From Macrostomum lignano (lineage: Eukaryota): a stretch of DNA of 26,960 nucleotides. Where the stretch lies: positions 1 through 26,960 of the forward strand of contig NIVC01002169.1 in the NCBI GenBank assembly GCA_002269645.1. The letters run 5' to 3'. The notes beneath the pieces are model-generated. The model ran no database searches and had not been told where the DNA came from. It saw only the letters and a program-made list of their open reading frames with translations. The position numbers and the translations under genes were made by a program. This document shows positions 21,094 through 26,960 of the stretch, in pieces (within the stretch, counting starts at the first letter, position 1; the number at the start of each line of letters is the position of its first letter).

Positions 21094-24000
21094 CTAATTG
21101 TTATTTGTTCTCGTAGCTCCGCACCCGCAAAATCCAAGAGTGTAAATCAAAAGACTTGGTCTTCCCCGGCTCCTTTGGCGATTTTCCTTAGAAAAGTGAA
21201 GCTGTCCTAGTTCGCTTGATGCAGCATCATCATAAATGTAACTAGAATCGCCTCGATTGAGACGCCCGAAGAAATGTCCTGTCACGGCTGTCGTACAGCA
21301 GAGATTGTAGCTGAAAAAAATTGGCAGGTACAATGAGTGTAGGGCACACAAAACATGTTGAAAGAAGTACATGCATGTACTTCAAGATATGTTTCAATAG
21401 TAAGCCCCTTCAAATGTTCATAGGAGTACATCAGAGTTTGGTGGTGCGCACGATGAACACTTACACTACACAGTACTACTAATACTGGATAAAAACTTCA
21501 ACAGTCCAAAGTCATCACACTTTCAAGAGCCAAAAATTCCTTACTGAATATTTCGCTCCTCTGGAAATGGATGCACGACGTCGTGTGGTGGAAGAATCTC
21601 CCGTCCGTTAGCTGCATCGGGGATGCCGATCACCAAAACCGGTGGCGGGAAATTGACAAACCGAGGGTGGTGTACGTAAAGCGACGCATAATCGCAAGTA
21701 CTGCATTCGACACATCTGTCACCCGAGGTAAAAAATTGCAGGAGAAAGTCCTCTGGAGACATAAAAGTCACATGGCTACTAAATGACGATAGACGTTCCG
21801 GCACGGGAAGAACGAGTTGATAAAAACGCCTCTCCTCGTTAGACGAGCAGTAAGGGCAAACAAAGCGTTGAGCGATTGCGACGATGTCTCCAAGCACCCA
21901 AGTACAGACATCCAGTGCTCCTTGGTACAGATTGATATCAATCTCTTTGGAAGTACTGGATCTACGCCTTGTGATGGCCCCATGTCGATGTAGTTCTAGA
22001 CATCGCAATAGCAGCCTAGCTCGAGCGAAATGGGCGCTTTCTTGAGTAAATTATTGTACAGCTGCATGCAAAAAGTCCACCAACGGAGAAAAATTATCCG
22101 GAAGTTGCTGAACTGCTTGGCGAAAATGCTGATCATCTCTCATTGCGAATGTGAGGGCCGTCAATAAGTGATCCACAGTGCATGCGTTGTACACATGAAC
22201 TGTAAGTACTTCATCATTAAATGGAACCTTTCGAGAAGTTGAATAATTTTTCATTAGAGAAAAGTTACTTGATACCCGTAGAGATGGAGCACATACCGAA
22301 GCTCGTGCATTTAAGGTGGGACATGTTGAATAACGAACTTTCCGCCTTTTGTTAGTGACGACAGAAAAATGAGAACGGTCATCTGTTATATTCTCTTCCT
22401 CCTCCATGGGAGTGAATGGACTTTCAGGTTTTCGCTGTACAGGCGGCCTTGAACTGTCGTAAGGCGGTCTTGACCTGTCAGGCGGCCGTGAACTGCCGCT
22501 GCCAGGCGGCCGTGAACTACCGCTGCCAGGCGGCCGTGAACTGGCGCTAACAGGCGGCCCTAAACTGCTGCTGCCCGGCGGCCCTGAAACGTCACTGACT
22601 GGCGGCCTTGAATTGCCGCTGCCAGGCGGCCGTGAACTGGCGCTAACAGGCGGCCGTGAACTGTCGTCAGGCGGCCCTGAACTGCCGCTGCCCGGCGGCC
22701 CTGAAGCGTCACTGACTGGCGGCCTTGAATTGCCGCTGCCAGGCGGCCGTGAACTTCCGCTAACAGGCGGCATTGAACTGTCGGCTGGAGGCATTGAACT
22801 GTCGTCAGGCGGCACTGAACTGTCGGCTGGAGGCATTGAACTGTCGTCAGGCGGCACTGAACTGTCGGCTGGAGGCATTGAACTGTCGTCAGGCGGCATT
22901 GAACTGCCGACAGGCGGCATTGTACTGCCGGCAGGCGGCACTGAACTGCCGGCAGGCGGCATTGTACTGTCGTCAGGCGGCCCTGAACTGCCGCTGCCCG
23001 GCGGCCCTGAAACGCCACTGACTGGCGGCCTTGAACTGCCGCTGCCAGGCGGCCGTGAACTGTCGTCAGATGGCCCCGAACTGTCATTTATCTCCGAACT
23101 GCCTTCTGATTCATCAAGACATTGATAATCTCGCTGTTGCATAAAAACTCCGAGAGGACGCAGAAATTGATTGTAGGTTCCAGGAAGAACACTGTGCAGT
23201 TTCCTGATGAAAACGTGTGTGCTTAAGCAATGCCCCTCGAGTAGATGGTTTGTTACTATTCCGACACAGCGCTCTGTTCCTCCTTCTTGAAAGCAATGTG
23301 TCGAGCGATCGACAACGGAAAAACTCTCCTCGCGAGCATATCTGCACGGCTCTGACATGATGCTCGTAAAAAGTGGCAAATACGGCAACATAACGTCGAA
23401 AAGCTTGCGTGACAATTCAGGGCAGTAAAATGGATTGGGCATAGAGCGAAAGTTTTCTACTGCGGAAGCAGAAAATTTATTCTCCAGGTCCTGATGCACT
23501 TCCTGGAACATCTGCCAAAACGGTGATGACCTTTTGATTGTTTCGTCTGGCTTTGCGTACAGCCATTCCTCTCGAGGAATAAATTCTCCGCTTTCATTCA
23601 GCTCGCCGGCGATGGTAGCATCCAAATACACTTTTGGAGATACTGCTTCACCTTCAATCCGTAGTTCTTCTATTAGAGCACTCATTTCCTCCAATGTCGG
23701 TGCAAGAAGAACAGCAAAAAAGGCTGTAACAATGTTCTTAGTCTCGCTGAGACTGGTTGAATGCACTAGAGAACGAAATGCGTCTTTCCAAAAGAGCGAA
23801 ATTCGATTGTCGCGACAAGCCTTAACAACGGACCAGCTGCAAAACTCGTGAACGATATGGCTTCTACCAAGTCCGACGAGTGGAAATTTACGCAGCTCCC
23901 GTACTGAAAATGAACGACGAAGAATGGAACAGCATAGTCTCAGAAATGGGAGAATGTCCATTCCATGAAGACCGTAGATAAGAGCAGACAGACTTGGAAT

Positions 24001-25098
24001 GTTGAAGTCTGTGACTGCCTGCCGAACTACGAGGCCTGTGACAGATTTCCTTACCGAAGTTAGGAACGTGTCGACAGCAAATTTCAGCGTTGATTTCGTC
24101 TGCGAGGATGTGACTACAAGAAGAATCGGTACTGGCGCTTCTCCATTAACAGGGTGTCGCAGAGCTAGTATGTGGAGATAAGCTCCATGACCATCCACAA
24201 GAGGAGCTCCTGTAGAGTCCAGACCAATTTCAATCGGCAAACTGCGGCGGTGTAGTATTTTGAGCAGAGTGATTGCCTGGTCGAAATACAGAACGGCAAA
24301 GCGCACATGGCCAAGTCCTGGCTCAACATTAATATGTCTCACAAAGGGGGGATCTAACTGTTCTCCTTGTACGATTATGTCCAAAATAGGATCGCAAAAC
24401 AGCTTTTCTCTAAGTCGTTCTTGAGATGCTGCGGTCCTCAGAACGCTCGAAGACGGAACTTCAGGAGTTAGTCCCCCGGCAGCTAGTCTTGCTGAAACTA
24501 GATAGGCATTACTATCATCTACTCTTTTAGCCAAGTCTTTTCGCCGTTCACCTCTGAGAGGGCGTGGTTCTATAACATGCGGTACAATTGGTTGAAGTGG
24601 TTTCAGAATCCAAACAAGCCGATTCTCTTTTGACTTTAGTTTGAACGAAGTCTTGCATGTTACAACACGGCAGTATAAATCTGCAGAAACCTCGCCAGTA
24701 CTTATTGTAATTCTACTTCGCTGCATGCATAAACAACAAGACAACATCGAGGAAAAGTTAGGCAGGACTTTATCCTGCCAGTTAGGGCACAACTGACCAT
24801 TGTCGCCCAGCAAATCTGATTGCACTTTTACGGTGAAAATAGGCACATTTTCTCTACAATTGGATGTACAAGGCGTCGCCCTAAAACTCAACATTCGAGT
24901 AATTGCTATGAAAGAAAATGCACACATAAAACAGTACAAAATAGTAAGAGCTTACTCTTCAGGATCTTCATCTTCATCCGCTTCACACTCCTGATTGTCA
25001 GGGCCGACAGTGTGCAACTGAAATGCGTTTCTTCGAAACTGGTCGTATAGCCAACGTCTGTTAGAAAAAGTGTCCTCAAAACCAAGCAAACGGCACAT
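21094..25098 (-). CDS. MULE/NOF-like DDE transposase fused to USP(C19)-like cysteine protease domain; 3 exons, one internal in-frame TAA
   Basis: Exons 25098-24956, 24880-21545, 21310-21094 (3696 nt, 1232 codons); introns GTAAGC..TTTTAG and GTAAGG..TTTCAG, both phase 2. Putative D (LDSTG, 24219), D (VTDF, 24009), xxxH (GRSH, 23859), YLPLFT, E (GGTER, 23274). Protease motifs NAC (22182), two CxxC, PPPVLVI, GHF (21276), YDD (21231). TAA at 22053-22051. Confidence 0.8.
22440..23085 (-). repeat. In-frame 24-bp-based repeats encoding Pro/Gly/Ser/Asp linker (SSRPPGSG, SSMPPADS)
   Basis: All unit lengths preserve frame within the transposase ORF; shadow ORFs at 22560-23125. Confidence 0.88.
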
Positions 25099-25173
25099 TC
25101 TGGACCAAACAGTTTCAGCTGTTCTCGGGCCGGGTAGGGGCCCCTCAAGTTCTGATCGCAAAATGCTACCCTG

Positions 25174-25420
25174 ATCAGCAACTGTCGCAAGAATTGCCCA
25201 AAGCTTAAAATTCCTAAGCCCAAAAAACAAGCCATCCGCACGCTATCCGCACGTAACTAATTTTTAACGCCTCCCCACAGACAAGCCAAGTACATGGAAT
25301 GCTTTGAACCTTCTGTTGCATAAATAAAGTGTCTAAATCTTTGCAAAATATCCAGATTTATAGCTGTCGCAAACATTTAAATTTTTTATGAGGATGGCAT
25401 GCGGCTAGATTTACGGGAGT
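25174..25420 (-). repeat. Right terminal inverted repeat (247 bp)
   Basis: Ends GGCATGCGGCTAGATTTACGGGAGT, immediately followed by the TSD. Confidence 0.97.
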
Positions 25421-25428
25421 CCTCACTT
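25421..25428 (+). repeat. Target site duplication, right copy (CCTCACTT)
   Basis: Identical to 10875-10882. Confidence 0.93.
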
Positions 25429-25866
25429 TGCACAATTTTTCACTTTCTTCTTGGCTATTGCCATCCAATAATCAAAATTTTAAAGCACTAATATCTCTCT
25501 AGTTTAGGAGACAAAAAGTTATACTTTACAAATTGGTTCTGGTTCTAGAACCAGAACAAGCAATATGAAGAGCCTCATAGAAGATACGAGAAAACTGATC
25601 GGGTAGCTTTCATTCGTTGAACCCTCGCACACCGCTCCCCCCACTTCATTCCTCAACTCAAGTCTGACGCGGCGTAGCTATAAAGTTGCGTCACTCGCAA
25701 AGATTGAGAGACTTCACCGGCCTGCACTTCTCAAAGGTGCCACCGAATTCGTCAACTCTGTATTTATAGGCCACCCTCAATGGGTATGTGGAAATATAAT
25801 AGTTCATGTTGTTCTCAATCTCATTCCTCTACAGTTTTATCTAATGTGCCTAAGCCTAAGTGCTTT

Positions 25867-25958
25867 CAGGTGCGGATCCAGAAAATTTTGAACGGGGGGC
25901 ACAGACTTCTAAAGGTACACATATATATTGTACAATATAAAGCTACCCGATTGTATAT

Positions 25959-26007
<49 letters not shown>

Positions 26008-26076
26008 CATATAAAAATATAAAAAAATCAAACTTAACGGGGGCGCGACTGTGCGCCCCCCCCTAAATCCGCTAGT
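25867..26076. mobile_element. Short non-autonomous element candidate with GCGGAT..AG/GGGGGG termini and internal (TA)n(TG)n
   Basis: Left CAGGTGCGGATCCAGAAAATTTTGAACGGGGGG, right CCCCCCCTAAATCCGCTAGT; imperfect inverted ends; no clear TSD. Confidence 0.45.
25951..26002. repeat. Compound (TA)n(TG)n microsatellite
   Basis: Seen directly. Confidence 0.95.
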
Positions 26077-26541
26077 CGCTACGAGTGCTTAATTTGGTGT
26101 TTTGCCCTTTTACTTTTAATTGGCGTCTCTGATCGACATTCCGAGTCTGCCAGACAGTCTGATGCTGCCGCCGGATGTGCCATTGCCGGCAGCAAAGAGT
26201 TTCAGCCTGGCAGGAGTCACCACAGCCGACATTGATACTCGTATTTCCGCATTGATTATACATGTATATTCCGGAAATATATCATTCTTGCACGCTTCAA
26301 TCAAACAAACACTGCTTAAGAAACGGCCCATTCTCTGCCGATATCGGGCTGGGCCATAGACGAAGCTGAAACAATTATTTAAAACGTTAAAAGTGCAACA
26401 TTACAAAGAGGACAACAGTAACGATCTAATAGTCTTGTGGTGCAACCCACACCGTCTTTACAGTACATAGGGTAGTGCAATGCCAAGTGGCGTTCAGAGG
26501 TACTCACTTATAGGAAAAATAGAACACGGATCCATTATTCT

Positions 26542-26960
26542 CTAGCACTGCAGTCGGCCGAACTCCATTAAAGTCCCTTTGTTCGCAGTCAACAAGCAGA
26601 TATTTAGGTGGCCACGCTCAACGCTAAAACCAGGCGATTGAAGTGGGACGTCGCTCGTGACTCGTTTAACGATTGGACCAGCGGTGAAGAATCCATTGTC
26701 AGAGCATCGGACAGTTGACGCTTCTTCCCTGGCGAGATCCCTGTCATTCTCCACATCCAAAATGGCGCTCACTTCATCACTTGTTAGCTCCCGGAGTTAT
26801 TGTTGCTTCTCGCTTCAGCAGAAAGATCGTTTACTAAAGCATCCAACAGGCCGTTGTGAGCCTTGCTGAATCCAATTCCAGGCACAGGCAAGCCTGTGTA
26901 CTGATTGAACATTCGCCCACGGCCACGGAGTTGGCATACAAAGTCGATTTCTTCACGCTG
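26542..26960 (-). pseudogene. Possible frameshifted coding relic running off the window end
   Basis: Open frame from 26960 (QREEIDFVCQLRGRGRMFNQYTGLPVPGIG...) stops near 26785; a second frame overlapping it continues LRELTSDEVSAILDVE...RLQC to 26542. No family recognised. Confidence 0.25.

Larger units (their letters stand above)
10883..25420. mobile_element. 14.5-kb Mutator-like (MULE / NOF-Foldback type) DNA transposon
   Basis: 247-bp TIRs, 8-bp TSD CCTCACTT (10875-10882, 25421-25428), internal DDE transposase gene. Element boundaries are seen directly; the superfamily call is by motif recognition. Confidence 0.9.

Noticed and set aside
22051-22053. TAA reassignment (ciliate-type genetic code)
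   Set aside because: No other in-frame TAA/TAG in RPIA or the long ORFs, and RPIA ends at TAG in the expected position.
25537-25556. Heat-shock element
   Set aside because: Only two correctly phased nGAAn units (TTCTAGAA); better explained as part of the flanking inverted repeat.
25620-25790. Solo LTR suggested by minus-strand CTATAAATA
   Set aside because: No TG..CA ends, TSD or second copy found.

Overview
Eukaryotic (metazoan-looking, short GT-AG introns, frequent TTTCAG/TTTTAG acceptors) genomic DNA, about 40% tandem repeat. The left part holds two G-rich minisatellites and a complete six-exon ribose-5-phosphate isomerase A gene on the minus strand (5462-9316). Its introns carry a 17/18-bp minisatellite, a decayed non-LTR endonuclease fragment and a 25-bp-period motif array. 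The main feature is a 14,538-bp DNA transposon at 10883-25420, bounded by 247-bp terminal inverted repeats (one mismatch seen) and a perfect 8-bp target-site duplication (CCTCACTT). It carries (i) a spliced Mutator/NOF-like DDE transposase joined through a Pro/Gly/Ser repeat linker to a USP(C19)-like Cys-His-Asp protease domain, interrupted by one in-frame TAA; (ii) a convergent second gene of unknown function, as in maize MuDR architecture; and (iii) an internal array of 81 near-identical 74-bp units. Family assignments come from motif recognition by eye, not from searches, so novelty of the transposase-protease fusion still has to be tested against NOF/Rehavkus/MULE entries.
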